From positions 31,393 through 95,392 of IMG/VR virus record IMGVR_UViG_3300038410_000026: 64,000 nucleotides of DNA; one strand, written 5' to 3'. The notes under the pieces were generated by a model that made no database searches, was not told the DNA's origin, and was given only the letters and a program-made list of their open reading frames with translations. Numbering within the stretch: position 1 is the stretch's first letter; each line of letters starts with the position of its first letter. Shown here one piece after another: positions 6,675 through 15,903 of this stretch. The position numbers and the translations under genes are program-made. The stretch is from a virus.

Positions 6675-7258
6675 TAGCGGCTCTATTCTGCTCATCTTGC
6701 CTTTATAGTCAAGTAGAGATGACCGCTTCTCCGGTGTCCAGGGACGCCGTTAAGCGCATGTTTGGACGGCGGGCGGTAAAGGTCATTCAGTTGTGGACTA
6801 TCACCTTGAACAACAAGACTCCCAACGCGGTTGGCATTGGCGAGGGGGCCATCCTGAGAAATATGTCCGAATTAAAACCTTATAGCCATGAGATGGCCAG
6901 CATTTTGATTCAGGACGCCGAGAAGAAAAGCCCCTGGTCCATCGCGGCGCGAGTCGTATCGGATCTCGTTCTGATCAGCAGCGTACTCGGGACTGGAGGC
7001 ATCGTGGCCATGCCGGATCAGGCACTGGCCGGTATGGCTCTGTTTTCATCGAATGCTCCCTATCTGAGCAACCGGCTGCTGGCGGCAAAACCCAATATCC
7101 TGCAAAACTTCGAGGCGATTTCCCTTAAGGGAGTGGTTACGCTGGAGCCGGGAGAAGGAGCCGTGACTGCGGCCTTTACGGCTCCATGGCTCAATCCATC
7201 CCCCCGCAACTACACCATCGACGTTTCCCAGTCCAAAACCATTCAACTGATCCGCTAA
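6662..7258 (+). CDS. Putative secreted or membrane protein
   Basis: Signal-peptide-like N-terminus MWKVIAALFCSSCLYSQ; central hydrophobic segment. Confidence 0.7.
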   Translation: MWKVIAALFCSSCLYSQVEMTASPVSRDAVKRMFGRRAVKVIQLWTITLNNKTPNAVGIGEGAILRNMSELKPYSHEMASILIQDAEKKSPWSIAARVVSDLVLISSVLGTGGIVAMPDQALAGMALFSSNAPYLSNRLLAAKPNILQNFEAISLKGVVTLEPGEGAVTAAFTAPWLNPSPRNYTIDVSQSKTIQLIR

Positions 7259-7560
7259 TGGCTCTGCGCTTATTGAACGCAAGGGATGTTAAGACCAGGA
7301 TGAAAGCGGGAACGTTGGCTCTCAAAACTGGAAAACCTCGTATTCCCAGATATTTAAGTCAGGCGCAGAAAAAGCGGATCAGCCGTTCGGTCGCGCTTTG
7401 CGAGCTTTATTTCAAAGACGGAATGGGAGTGGAAGAGATCGCTGCCAAGATCGGGAAGACTCATCAGCGAGTCAGCCAGATCCTCAATTTCGGAGTCAAT
7501 TTCCTGATCGATGAAGGCTACATTTATGTTTCTATCGTTCCTTCGGAGCCAGAAGCATAA
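7258..7560 (+). CDS. sigma70 region-4-like HTH protein (possible late regulator)
   Basis: LYFKDGMGVEEIAAKIGKTHQRVSQIL; TAATG coupling. Confidence 0.75.
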   Translation: MALRLLNARDVKTRMKAGTLALKTGKPRIPRYLSQAQKKRISRSVALCELYFKDGMGVEEIAAKIGKTHQRVSQILNFGVNFLIDEGYIYVSIVPSEPEA

Positions 7561-7721
7561 GGCTCCGAGTCGGATTTGAAACGCTTGAGTTCCGAAGCCA
7601 TGGCGTCGAAGGCGCGACCAAAATTCCGATGGTTCAAACTCTGGATGAATTCCATCGTTTTGGGATCTACGCGACCGAACACCAGGACTCTTTTCCTGTC
7701 TTCAGGTAGCTTGGGGCGCAT
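7524..7721 (-). CDS. Small ribbon-helix-helix-like DNA-binding protein
   Basis: RPKLPEDRK-RVLVFGRVDPKT pattern; strong promoter immediately upstream. Confidence 0.55.
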   Translation of the reverse strand: MRPKLPEDRKRVLVFGRVDPKTMEFIQSLNHRNFGRAFDAMASELKRFKSDSEPYASGSEGTIET

Positions 7722-7729
7722 TTGTGATG

Positions 7730-7758
7730 ATTTTATTTAAAACTTCGATTTGTGTCAA
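7730..7758 (-). promoter_or_regulatory. Near-consensus sigma70 promoter
   Basis: TTGACA-17-TAAAAT, 9 nt before ATG 7721. Confidence 0.7.
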
Positions 7759-7767
7759 CAAGACAAT

Positions 7768-8196
7768 ATGGGCACGATTTCCATTGTTGCGATAACAATT
7801 GCCGTTACCGTATCGTTGGCGGCGATTGTTTATGTGGTTTATGCGGCGCTTCGCGCTCTACTTGATTTACGTAAACATCTTGAGAGCCTGTGCGCTGCTG
7901 TCCAAAAGGAAACCGAGGCGGTGATCGACTCCGGACAGAACATGGGAAAGCTGGTGATGTTCTCACAGGATCTCCGCAAGCTCGTCGAGATGCAGGCCGA
8001 GCAATTAAAGGCCACCCAAGAGACCATCAAGCTGCTGCACAACTCTCTGTTTTCAGAAGACAGCAAGGGCTACATCCCGTACTCCGAGGAGGCAGCGAAC
8101 AAGGCGGCGGATCTGTTTGAGGAGATGGCTTCCGATCCCGAGATTCAGAGAAAGAAGAACCGGGACGTGTGGAAGAATTTGAGGTACAGCGAATGA
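7768..8196 (+). CDS. Membrane-anchored coiled-coil protein
   Basis: N-terminal TM helix; heptad repeats. Confidence 0.7.
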   Translation: MGTISIVAITIAVTVSLAAIVYVVYAALRALLDLRKHLESLCAAVQKETEAVIDSGQNMGKLVMFSQDLRKLVEMQAEQLKATQETIKLLHNSLFSEDSKGYIPYSEEAANKAADLFEEMASDPEIQRKKNRDVWKNLRYSE

Positions 8197-8921
8197 CAAG
8201 AGAGAAGTTTATCCGTGTCACCAAGCGGATTCTGGATCGCACGAAGGAGGGAGAATCGACAGCGGCAGTAGCCGAAAGGATTGCCGACGCGCTGGAGATG
8301 CTGATGGACATTGAAGGCGATGCGCCCGCTCCAGAAGCAGAGCCGGTCGATTGGCCGGTTGTCGAAATGGAGCCGCCCAAAAAACCTCCTGTACGTGCCG
8401 AAATTGTCTCGATTCCAGACTCACCCGCCGTGATCCCATCTTCTGGCCAGCCGATTACCATCTACAGTACCCGTCCTCAAACCGAGCCGAGCAAGCCTCA
8501 GTTCTTTTCTCAACAGGAAATCATGGATCGCGTAAAATTCGCAATCGATCTTTTTCAGAGAGCCACCCCAGGAAAGATCGTTGTGGTCCCTGATGGCACC
8601 AACACCGAGCTAAGTCTTGACAGAGACATCGTTTCAGACGTAGTTTCGGGAACCATCAAGATCACCTATAGCCTATCCGGCCAAGTGGCCCCTTCTCCTA
8701 GCGACCCCTATAAAACAGAGCCAATGTCCATAGACCGGATAGCCTACGAAGTCGTATCGGTGCTCGAAGACCCGCTTCCTTCTCCTGACGACCTAATGGT
8801 AAAAATCAGGCAGAGGGCGAGAGAGGTGTTCCGAGCGGGGCCGAAAGAGATCCGGAGTTCCACTCCGGTACGAACTGGCTCGTTGAGGTTTGATTCCTCT
8901 TCTCCGCACACGGAAGTCTAG
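8193..8921 (+). CDS. Hypothetical protein
   Basis: ATGA coupling; Pro-rich linker. Confidence 0.7.
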   Translation: MTREKFIRVTKRILDRTKEGESTAAVAERIADALEMLMDIEGDAPAPEAEPVDWPVVEMEPPKKPPVRAEIVSIPDSPAVIPSSGQPITIYSTRPQTEPSKPQFFSQQEIMDRVKFAIDLFQRATPGKIVVVPDGTNTELSLDRDIVSDVVSGTIKITYSLSGQVAPSPSDPYKTEPMSIDRIAYEVVSVLEDPLPSPDDLMVKIRQRAREVFRAGPKEIRSSTPVRTGSLRFDSSSPHTEV

Positions 8922-9102
8922 CCGCTCCAATCGTATATTTTTCTTGAGTCAGTACCGATAGTACGATTAGACTGTCCACGAGGGCCTATGAAAGCATGAC
9001 TTCTCTTTTGCGAGGGGTATGCTCTGCGCGTATAGATGCGCAGCCGGAGTATGGACTAGCCCTTTACCCTATAAAAACAAAACGGATAAAGGACGATGCC
9101 AA

Positions 9103-9387
9103 ATGAACCTCCTGCTTTTCCTGCTTCCTTTCGTGGCGGCTCAATCGGTAGATCTGGTTCCCGACAAGCTCGAAAAGATCGGGATCATCGGTTTGATGGG
9201 AGTAGCGATATGGGTGCAATACCGAGAAAACCGCGCCAAGGAGGCACACAATCTGAAGATGGCAGAAAGCCTCACATCTACCTTGGCGGTAATCGAATCG
9301 ATGACGGAGGCCCTGGAGAGGCTTTCAAAGAAAATCGAGGGATGTCCCCAGTGGAGAGACTCATTGACGAATTCCACCGAAAAATGA
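9103..9387 (+). CDS. Holin-like small membrane protein
   Basis: Two hydrophobic N-terminal segments (IGIIGLMGVAIW) and a coiled-coil tail; AAGGA SD. Confidence 0.5.
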   Translation: MNLLLFLLPFVAAQSVDLVPDKLEKIGIIGLMGVAIWVQYRENRAKEAHNLKMAESLTSTLAVIESMTEALERLSKKIEGCPQWRDSLTNSTEK

Positions 9388-9424
9388 TTACAATGAAAGA
9401 CAGGATCGATAAAATCGCCACCTG

Positions 9425-9820
9425 ATGGCCAAGAAGAAACCTACGGCTCTAGCTGTAGTCCCTTCTGTTGAGAAGGAGAAGCTGCCTTCCGAAGTTACCT
9501 CCTCCAAGCTTTATCAGCGTAAAAAAGTCAACAAAAACAACCTGCCCAATTACCAGGAGCGGATGCTCCTGCTGTTTGCCCCTCACATCATTCCCGAGAC
9601 GATGAAGTCGATTTATTCCCAGGTGAAGGAAGGGAACAAGGACGCCATTCAGTTGGCGCTCCAGATCTATAACTTCATCCAGCGTCAGGGCGGAGTTTCG
9701 GTTGTCAACAATATCTTCAACCAGAACAACAACTCTTCCGCCAATGAACGCGCCTTTGACGCCATCGCCCGCCGCCTCGGAGAATCCGTAGAGACCATCA
9801 CTCTCAAGCCGGAGAACTGA
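9425..9820 (+). CDS. Putative terminase small subunit
   Basis: Small helical protein directly upstream of terL; assigned by synteny only. Confidence 0.5.
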   Translation: MAKKKPTALAVVPSVEKEKLPSEVTSSKLYQRKKVNKNNLPNYQERMLLLFAPHIIPETMKSIYSQVKEGNKDAIQLALQIYNFIQRQGGVSVVNNIFNQNNNSSANERAFDAIARRLGESVETITLKPEN

Positions 9821-9821
9821 T

Positions 9822-11984
9822 ATGCCGCGAGACGCGGGCGTCACCGAATTGATCGAATACTTCGATCAGCCCGAGCGTGCCGAGCAGTTGGACAAGCTGA
9901 CCGCCAAGGAGATGCGCGTCATCGAGGCAGAGATTGAGCGTTGCCAGCGCGATTTCGTTTATTGCGCCCGCAACTATTTTTGGATCACGGATAAGGATGG
10001 AGTGGATCAGCTATTCGACCTGTGGGAATCGCAGGAGTTAATCCTCGAAAAACTGGATTACCTTTCGCAGCGTAAGCGGCCTCGCCGCCTCATGGTCATC
10101 AAGGCCCGCCAGCTTGGTTGCAGTTTGTTGATCGAGGCTCTGATTGCGTGGCAGACGATGTTCTACCCCAATCAGAATGCGCTGATCGTATCCCATTCGG
10201 ACGATCATGGCGGCTACCTGTTCTCGCTGATGCTGCACATCTACGATCAGATGCCGTGGTGGCTCAAGCCCATGCTCGCCACGCGCAAGTACGACACGGG
10301 CCTCCATTTCGCCAATCCAAACCTCGACATGCGCCGCATCAGCCCAGGGATGAACTCCAAGGTTGTGGTGCAGTCGGCCATGCAGACCACGGGCGTCGGC
10401 CAAGGCTATCGTCTGTCGGCTGTCCATGCCAGTGAATACTCGGACTGGGAGGAGCGCCGGGCCAAGGAGATCATCGATGGCGATCTCCGCTATGCACTAT
10501 CGGAAAAGCCCAAGACCTTCGCCATCCTCGAAACGACAGCCAAAGGAGCGGGCACCTACACCGAGAGCCTTTGGCTGGCTAATGTGAAGCTGGCAGAAAG
10601 AGCCGAATGGTATCCGCTCTTTCTGCCCTGGTTCTTTGAAAAGGGGCGCTTTATTCCCCCGGAAACCGGGTGGGTAGTGCCAGAACGCGAAGCGGCCATG
10701 CGTGACCGCGTGAGCAAGGAATGGGTGCGGTGCGACAATCCGAAGTGCGGACGTTTCAAGGAATCTCATTTCCTGGGAGACCCATTGTTCGGCTTCCCCT
10801 GTCCGGACTGTGCTTCAGGCATACTGCGGGAATACATATTGCAGGACGATCAGCTTTGTTGGATGTGGCAGGAGCGCATCAACAAGGAAGCCAAGGGTTC
10901 GGAGTCGGTCAAAGAATTACGCCAGGAACTTGCCACAACGCCCGAGGAAGCGTTTCAGTTGACAGGAATCCAGGTTTTTCCTGCCGATTGCCATGAATGG
11001 GTGAACGAGACCGTTGAGCAGTATCCTTTGGCCGTGGGAAACCTCGATGACAAGGGACGCTTTCACGGACCCAAGAGTTGGAAAACCGGAGAGTGCTGGC
11101 AGGAGTGGTGCAGGGCGGATCATCGCTATGAGCCGGAGCACCCGTTGAAAATCTGGGAGTGGCCCGATCTGAAGCGCCGTTATGTGGTTGGCGTGGATGT
11201 ATCGGAGGGGATCGGGGACAGTGATTCCGATTCCGACTTCTCGGTGGGCTGGGTCAATAAGTTGGGAGAAAACGGCGGTCCAGATGTGCATGTGGCCACT
11301 TACCGCTCAAACCGCATCGACCCAGGGGCTTTCGCGGTTCCTGTAAACTTTTTGGGGCGCTGGTATAACGATGCCCTGATGAGCATCGAGTACAACATCT
11401 TCCAGACCACCGCAGATCTGGTCAAGAACTACTTCATGTATCCGAACCTGTTTCGCTGGAAGCATCCGGATAACGACAAGATGTTGAGCCACAAGGTTCA
11501 TTGGATGACCCAGATAAACACCAAGTCGAAGCTGTGGCAAACCGCCATCAAATGGTTACGGGCAAGGCTGTGGGTTGTCCGAGATCCCATTTTCGCGGAG
11601 GAAATGAAGAGGTTTCAGAAGGAAGACTACGAGGACAAGAAAGCTTCGGCGGCATCGGGAAGCCATGACGACGTGATTATGGCGGCTATGATCGCCCTTT
11701 ATACCAGTCACGATCTCGATTGGGATGAGGCCGGGGTAGGGACTCCCCAGCATATTGCCAGCGATGCCGTTCTGCCTTCCGCCAACTGGATGATGCGCTG
11801 TCGGCGCTGCGACCATGCTTTTCCGGCAGACAAGCCATCGGTTCCAGGATGTCCGAATTGCGGTTCGATCATGCTATCTGGGCGCAAGATGGAATCGGAA
11901 AGCGCAGCCCGGACCCTTGATTTTCAGGAAATGGCATATAAAGGTCGAGGAAGTAGCGAGAATTTCGATTACGATCTATTGTGA
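9822..11984 (+). CDS. terL: Terminase large subunit
   Basis: Walker A region KARQLG, Walker B VHASE, coupling motif ETTA, nuclease GVDVSEG and HDDVIMA; extra CxxC pairs. Confidence 0.93.
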   Translation: MPRDAGVTELIEYFDQPERAEQLDKLTAKEMRVIEAEIERCQRDFVYCARNYFWITDKDGVDQLFDLWESQELILEKLDYLSQRKRPRRLMVIKARQLGCSLLIEALIAWQTMFYPNQNALIVSHSDDHGGYLFSLMLHIYDQMPWWLKPMLATRKYDTGLHFANPNLDMRRISPGMNSKVVVQSAMQTTGVGQGYRLSAVHASEYSDWEERRAKEIIDGDLRYALSEKPKTFAILETTAKGAGTYTESLWLANVKLAERAEWYPLFLPWFFEKGRFIPPETGWVVPEREAAMRDRVSKEWVRCDNPKCGRFKESHFLGDPLFGFPCPDCASGILREYILQDDQLCWMWQERINKEAKGSESVKELRQELATTPEEAFQLTGIQVFPADCHEWVNETVEQYPLAVGNLDDKGRFHGPKSWKTGECWQEWCRADHRYEPEHPLKIWEWPDLKRRYVVGVDVSEGIGDSDSDSDFSVGWVNKLGENGGPDVHVATYRSNRIDPGAFAVPVNFLGRWYNDALMSIEYNIFQTTADLVKNYFMYPNLFRWKHPDNDKMLSHKVHWMTQINTKSKLWQTAIKWLRARLWVVRDPIFAEEMKRFQKEDYEDKKASAASGSHDDVIMAAMIALYTSHDLDWDEAGVGTPQHIASDAVLPSANWMMRCRRCDHAFPADKPSVPGCPNCGSIMLSGRKMESESAARTLDFQEMAYKGRGSSENFDYDLL

Positions 11985-11991
11985 GGAGCCT

Positions 11992-12528
11992 ATGGCGAAA
12001 GGCAAGGAAGTTACATTTTCTGTTGACATTAACCTATCTGAACATAATGTCAACTTATTGCTGGCTTCAGCTAAACAGTCCGGACCCAGTTCTCAAATCA
12101 TCGGACGCATGGCGGCGGGGGTCCTGACTGAAATCGCAGAAGGTGGGGTGCTGCTTCCTAAGTCGGTGGTAGACCGGATCGTGGAGATGATGGGCAGCTT
12201 ATCCAACCCCCGTGACCTGATCCCGGTGGTTGAAAAAGCATATAACCGCAAAGACGGGCAGGTGGCCGCTGAATGGCGCATCGATCCGATCTATATGCCT
12301 TATCTCGAAGATGCGGCCATCTCGCAGGGCAGAACCGTGCAGCAGCTAATCCAGGATTGCATGGACACGGCCATGGACAAGGGGTGGTTGTACGAGCTTG
12401 ATCCGCAGCCCCACAGGCTCTTGATCACAGCCGAAGACATGGAAGCATTGCGTGGGGCGCTGGGCAAGGATGATGTCCACGGCTCTGATCTCGTGGAATA
12501 CATTCTTCAGCAGCGAGAGGCAGCCTAA
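11992..12528 (+). CDS. Hypothetical protein
   Basis: GAGGAG SD before ATG 11992. Confidence 0.7.
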   Translation: MAKGKEVTFSVDINLSEHNVNLLLASAKQSGPSSQIIGRMAAGVLTEIAEGGVLLPKSVVDRIVEMMGSLSNPRDLIPVVEKAYNRKDGQVAAEWRIDPIYMPYLEDAAISQGRTVQQLIQDCMDTAMDKGWLYELDPQPHRLLITAEDMEALRGALGKDDVHGSDLVEYILQQREAA

Positions 12529-12917
12529 TGCCGATTTACGAAGCACTATGCGAACGGTGCAACGTAAAAACCGAATGGTATGCCAAGTCGCGTACCGACG
12601 AGAATAAGCCCTGCCGATGCTGCGGAGGCGAAACGAGACGTTTGGCGAGCGCGTTTGGTGTGATCTGGACGGGCGCAATTACGCCGAAGTACACCGATCA
12701 CAACAAACCCGATTCGGCTGGTCCGCACTGGGCCTATCGGGTGCGAAGCTCGAAGAGCGGAAATCCCGAGCCGGTGCTGATCGACACGTGGGCCAAGCAG
12801 AAGCAGTTCTGCAAGGAAGAAGGATTGGTGGTTCCGTCTGATTTGCCGTCCAATGCGGAGGTTTCTGCGGATGGAAAGAAGCTCCAATCGGCTGGCATGT
12901 CCGGACAGTGGATATAA
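12528..12917 (+). CDS. FmdB-like zinc-ribbon protein
   Basis: MPIYEALCERC...CRCCGG..RRL.S signature. Confidence 0.75.
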   Translation: MPIYEALCERCNVKTEWYAKSRTDENKPCRCCGGETRRLASAFGVIWTGAITPKYTDHNKPDSAGPHWAYRVRSSKSGNPEPVLIDTWAKQKQFCKEEGLVVPSDLPSNAEVSADGKKLQSAGMSGQWI

Positions 12918-12948
12918 AGAAAACCACGTCCAGATCTGGACATAAACT

Positions 12949-14817
12949 ATGGCTACTTTGGAGTTGGTTCCTCGCGGCCCGGTGGCTTATGGCCGCAGCG
13001 GAAACATGGACTATGCCGATGACTATCGGCGGAAAATGATCAAGTGGCGGGATGCTGCCCGCGACGAAGCCATCAATACCGTTCGTCTCAATCCAGAATT
13101 CACGGATGTCGGCAAGTACATCGATTGGATTGAAGGACGCCAGTGGAGAGAAGATCGACCGAAGTACCGTTCCCGCTTCTTCGACAACCGGGTAGCCCGC
13201 CTCCGCGTTGATTCCATCAGCTTGTTGACCGACATCCGGCCCGCGCTTGAAGTGACGGCGGCAGTGCAGGCATACGAAACCCAAGCCAAACTCTGCGAGG
13301 CCATCGTCAAGCATGAGTGGTACAGGCTGAACCTAGATCTTGAAATCGGTAAGGTTATCGATCACGCTCTGTTTTCAGTGGGTTACTGGAAAATCGGCGC
13401 TCTGATGCCGGGGGTTATGACGATATCCCCTTGCGGTATGGATAAAGTCTTGCCCATCATGCCGGGAGACAGTCTTCAGGAATCAGTGGGTGTTTTATAT
13501 CGTGGTTACAAGCCAATACAATATTTCCGTGCGAAATGGGGGGAGAAGGCCAACGGTCTTGAGAAGTACGCCACCAGCATCACCTGGACCAATAGTTCAA
13601 ACGAATACGTAAGGCCGGGTCACATCACCGAATACACCTGGAACTCGCTCTCCCCACAGATGAAGCGGCACCTCGGTATGCGCTCCATGCGCAAGCAACC
13701 CCAGGACCGCAGCCCCTTTCCGGTGATCGAACACGAAGAATATTGGATTGACGATCCCGAGATCAACGATTCCGAGGTGGAGGTGACGGTCAAAGATCCG
13801 GATATGTCGCCATCCGATCACAACTATTGGTATCTGGTCCCCGCTGGCGGAAGGCTATGGCCGCGCAAGCGGCTGATCGTTTTCGGCGGCGACAAGATCA
13901 TGTACGACGGCCCGAGCCCTTATTGGCACGGGCTTTACCCCTTTGCCGAACTGATTCTGAATCCCATGGTCTGGGCTCCGGGCGGTCTGTCGAAGTATCG
14001 GGACATGATGCCCATCGCAAAGGCTCTCAACGAGGTGGGTGCCGGGACGCTAGATGTGGTGAAGCGGGCCATTAACCCGGTGGTGGTCACCAAGGAAGGC
14101 GCGATCCGCCAGCAGACCTTCGAGCAGTTTCAGCCGGATATGCCGGGAGGCAGGCTGAAGATGACCCCCAACTCCTCGGTGTCTCAGGACCTGCGATACA
14201 TCGATCCGCCCAATATACCGGCCTATGTGGGGACCTTCCATCAATACATCAACCAGGAATTCGACCGTCTCTCCGGGACATTGGATATAAACAAATTGAG
14301 CGGTAAGAAACAGGTTCCTGGGGGCGACACCATCGAACAGATGCGGGATTCCATGCAGACCGGATTCCGGTTGGAGTCGCGCTACATGGAGCCTTTTCTG
14401 CGCGACGTTGGAGCACAGTTCATCTCGAATATCTTTCAGTTCTATACGCGCCAGCAGCGCATGAGGATTCTCGGGGCGGACGGTCTTACCTGGGAAGACT
14501 TCGACTACGATCCGGACAACATGACCCCCTGGTCTGAACCACGCTATGATCACTGGAAAAAGTTCGTCATCCGTGTAGCTCCGGGGTCTTTGCATGGTGG
14601 AGCCAAGGATCGCAACAAGCAGGTGGCCATCGCCCTATTCCGCTTGGGAGCAATCTCCCGCAGGCATCTGCTCCGCACGCTAGATTTTCCGGATGGGTTA
14701 ATCGAGAAGGTCGAGCAAGAACTAAAAACGGAGCGAGAATCACTGCCTCCTATGGCCACTGGCAAGGGCCGCGTCCCCCGCATGACTCGCAGCGCCCGCA
14801 ACGCCAGCCCCTTCTAG
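12949..14817 (+). CDS. Portal protein (P22/podovirus-like)
   Basis: 622 aa, located between terL and the scaffold/capsid genes; YDGPSPYWHGLYPF segment and helical C-terminus. Confidence 0.85.
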   Translation: MATLELVPRGPVAYGRSGNMDYADDYRRKMIKWRDAARDEAINTVRLNPEFTDVGKYIDWIEGRQWREDRPKYRSRFFDNRVARLRVDSISLLTDIRPALEVTAAVQAYETQAKLCEAIVKHEWYRLNLDLEIGKVIDHALFSVGYWKIGALMPGVMTISPCGMDKVLPIMPGDSLQESVGVLYRGYKPIQYFRAKWGEKANGLEKYATSITWTNSSNEYVRPGHITEYTWNSLSPQMKRHLGMRSMRKQPQDRSPFPVIEHEEYWIDDPEINDSEVEVTVKDPDMSPSDHNYWYLVPAGGRLWPRKRLIVFGGDKIMYDGPSPYWHGLYPFAELILNPMVWAPGGLSKYRDMMPIAKALNEVGAGTLDVVKRAINPVVVTKEGAIRQQTFEQFQPDMPGGRLKMTPNSSVSQDLRYIDPPNIPAYVGTFHQYINQEFDRLSGTLDINKLSGKKQVPGGDTIEQMRDSMQTGFRLESRYMEPFLRDVGAQFISNIFQFYTRQQRMRILGADGLTWEDFDYDPDNMTPWSEPRYDHWKKFVIRVAPGSLHGGAKDRNKQVAIALFRLGAISRRHLLRTLDFPDGLIEKVEQELKTERESLPPMATGKGRVPRMTRSARNASPF

Positions 14818-14852
14818 TTTCTGTAAACAATTAGAAATAAAGGCACTTACGC

Positions 14853-14881
14853 TTGACAAAGCCAGAAGTGTAACTTATTTT
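14853..14881 (+). promoter_or_regulatory. sigma70-type promoter of the head operon
   Basis: TTGACA-17-TATTTT in an AT-rich gap. Confidence 0.6.
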
Positions 14882-14922
14882 GTTGGTGTCAGCGGCGGTG
14901 CGTGACAGAAAGGGGGTTCTGC

Positions 14923-14961
14923 ATGGCAAGACGAAGGCGGCGTGGCAAGAAAGCGCGGTAG
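14923..14961 (+). CDS. Arg-rich micropeptide MARRRRRGKKAR
   Basis: AAAGGGGG SD; ATG..TAG. Confidence 0.6.
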   Translation: MARRRRRGKKAR

Positions 14962-15059
14962 TGCTTCTGCCCGAGCGGAGCGCGGGACGTAATCTTACGT
15001 CATGCGTCTGATCGCGTCCCGTCTCGATTCAAGACGGGAATTAAACAAGGAGGTGGAAT

Positions 15060-15101
15060 ATGGCACGTCGAGGCCGTCGCCGTGGTCGGAAACATCGCTA
15101 G
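15060..15101 (+). CDS. Arg-rich micropeptide MARRGRRRGRKHR
   Basis: Consensus AAGGAGGT SD; ATG..TAG. Confidence 0.7.
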   Translation: MARRGRRRGRKHR

Positions 15102-15115
15102 AAAAGGAATCCGCT

Positions 15116-15178
15116 ATGGCTAATCCAAGGCAGTTGGCCCGAAAGGGAAAGAAAAGAATGTCGAAGAGGTGTTACTGA
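15116..15178 (+). CDS. Basic micropeptide MANPRQLARKGKKRMSKRCY
   Basis: AAGGA SD; TGATG coupling to the next gene. Confidence 0.55.
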   Translation: MANPRQLARKGKKRMSKRCY

Positions 15179-15492
15179 TGGCAAGAGGCAAGGGTCAGTA
15201 TCAGATTGTGGGCGATGAGCAGAAACTGAGCCACAAGCCGGTTAGCTCTCCGTCCGCGAATCCGAAGAGTGGGCAATCGCAACTCGTAGGAGATTCGGTT
15301 TCCCTTTCGCGCACGCCCGTACAATCACCCTCCGCCAATCCTCGCAGCGGACAATTCGATTTGGTCGGGGATACTGTTTCGCTGAATCGTACTCCCGTGA
15401 AGGGATGGGGTTCGGCTGCGAATCTTCCGATGTCTGAACGCGCTATTCAGCAGTCGAACACGGCTGCTGGAAAAGGCGGCAAGAAGAAGTAA
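15178..15492 (+). CDS. Small protein with three ~27-aa repeats (Q..LVGD.VSL.RTPV.SPSANP.SG)
   Basis: Internal repeats visible in the translation. Confidence 0.75.
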   Translation: MARGKGQYQIVGDEQKLSHKPVSSPSANPKSGQSQLVGDSVSLSRTPVQSPSANPRSGQFDLVGDTVSLNRTPVKGWGSAANLPMSERAIQQSNTAAGKGGKKK

Positions 15493-15888
15493 ATGGCTGA
15501 TACCCTGCCCTTCCCGGCTACCCCTCCAGCCGTGCGATCCCAACAGACCGCAGCGCCCGCTCCGGTCTTCATGATGGCTGGCCGAGACCAGATGATGGCA
15601 CAGCGGCCAGGAATGCAGCAGCAACCCGGCGCAGCGGGGAATCCGATTCAGCAGTTGAAGTCCAAACTGGGCGAACTGGAAACCCTGACCGGGGACCTGA
15701 TGATTCTGCTGAGGACCGTGCATCCGCCGTCCGGAGCGTTGCTTGTTCCGATTGCGCAGGCTGGAAAGGCTTTAATGTCGCAGGTTGCGGAAATTGAGCA
15801 GAGAGCGAGCGGGGCGCTTCCCTCGGGTTCTGAGGGTGCTCCGGTTCCGACACCTGCGGAGGGGGCTCCGAGAAGGGCAGCGGCCTAA
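15493..15888 (+). CDS. Hypothetical head-region protein
   Basis: Abuts the previous gene; P/A/Q-rich. Confidence 0.7.
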   Translation: MADTLPFPATPPAVRSQQTAAPAPVFMMAGRDQMMAQRPGMQQQPGAAGNPIQQLKSKLGELETLTGDLMILLRTVHPPSGALLVPIAQAGKALMSQVAEIEQRASGALPSGSEGAPVPTPAEGAPRRAAA

Positions 15889-15903
15889 AGAGAGAGGGAT
15901 GGA

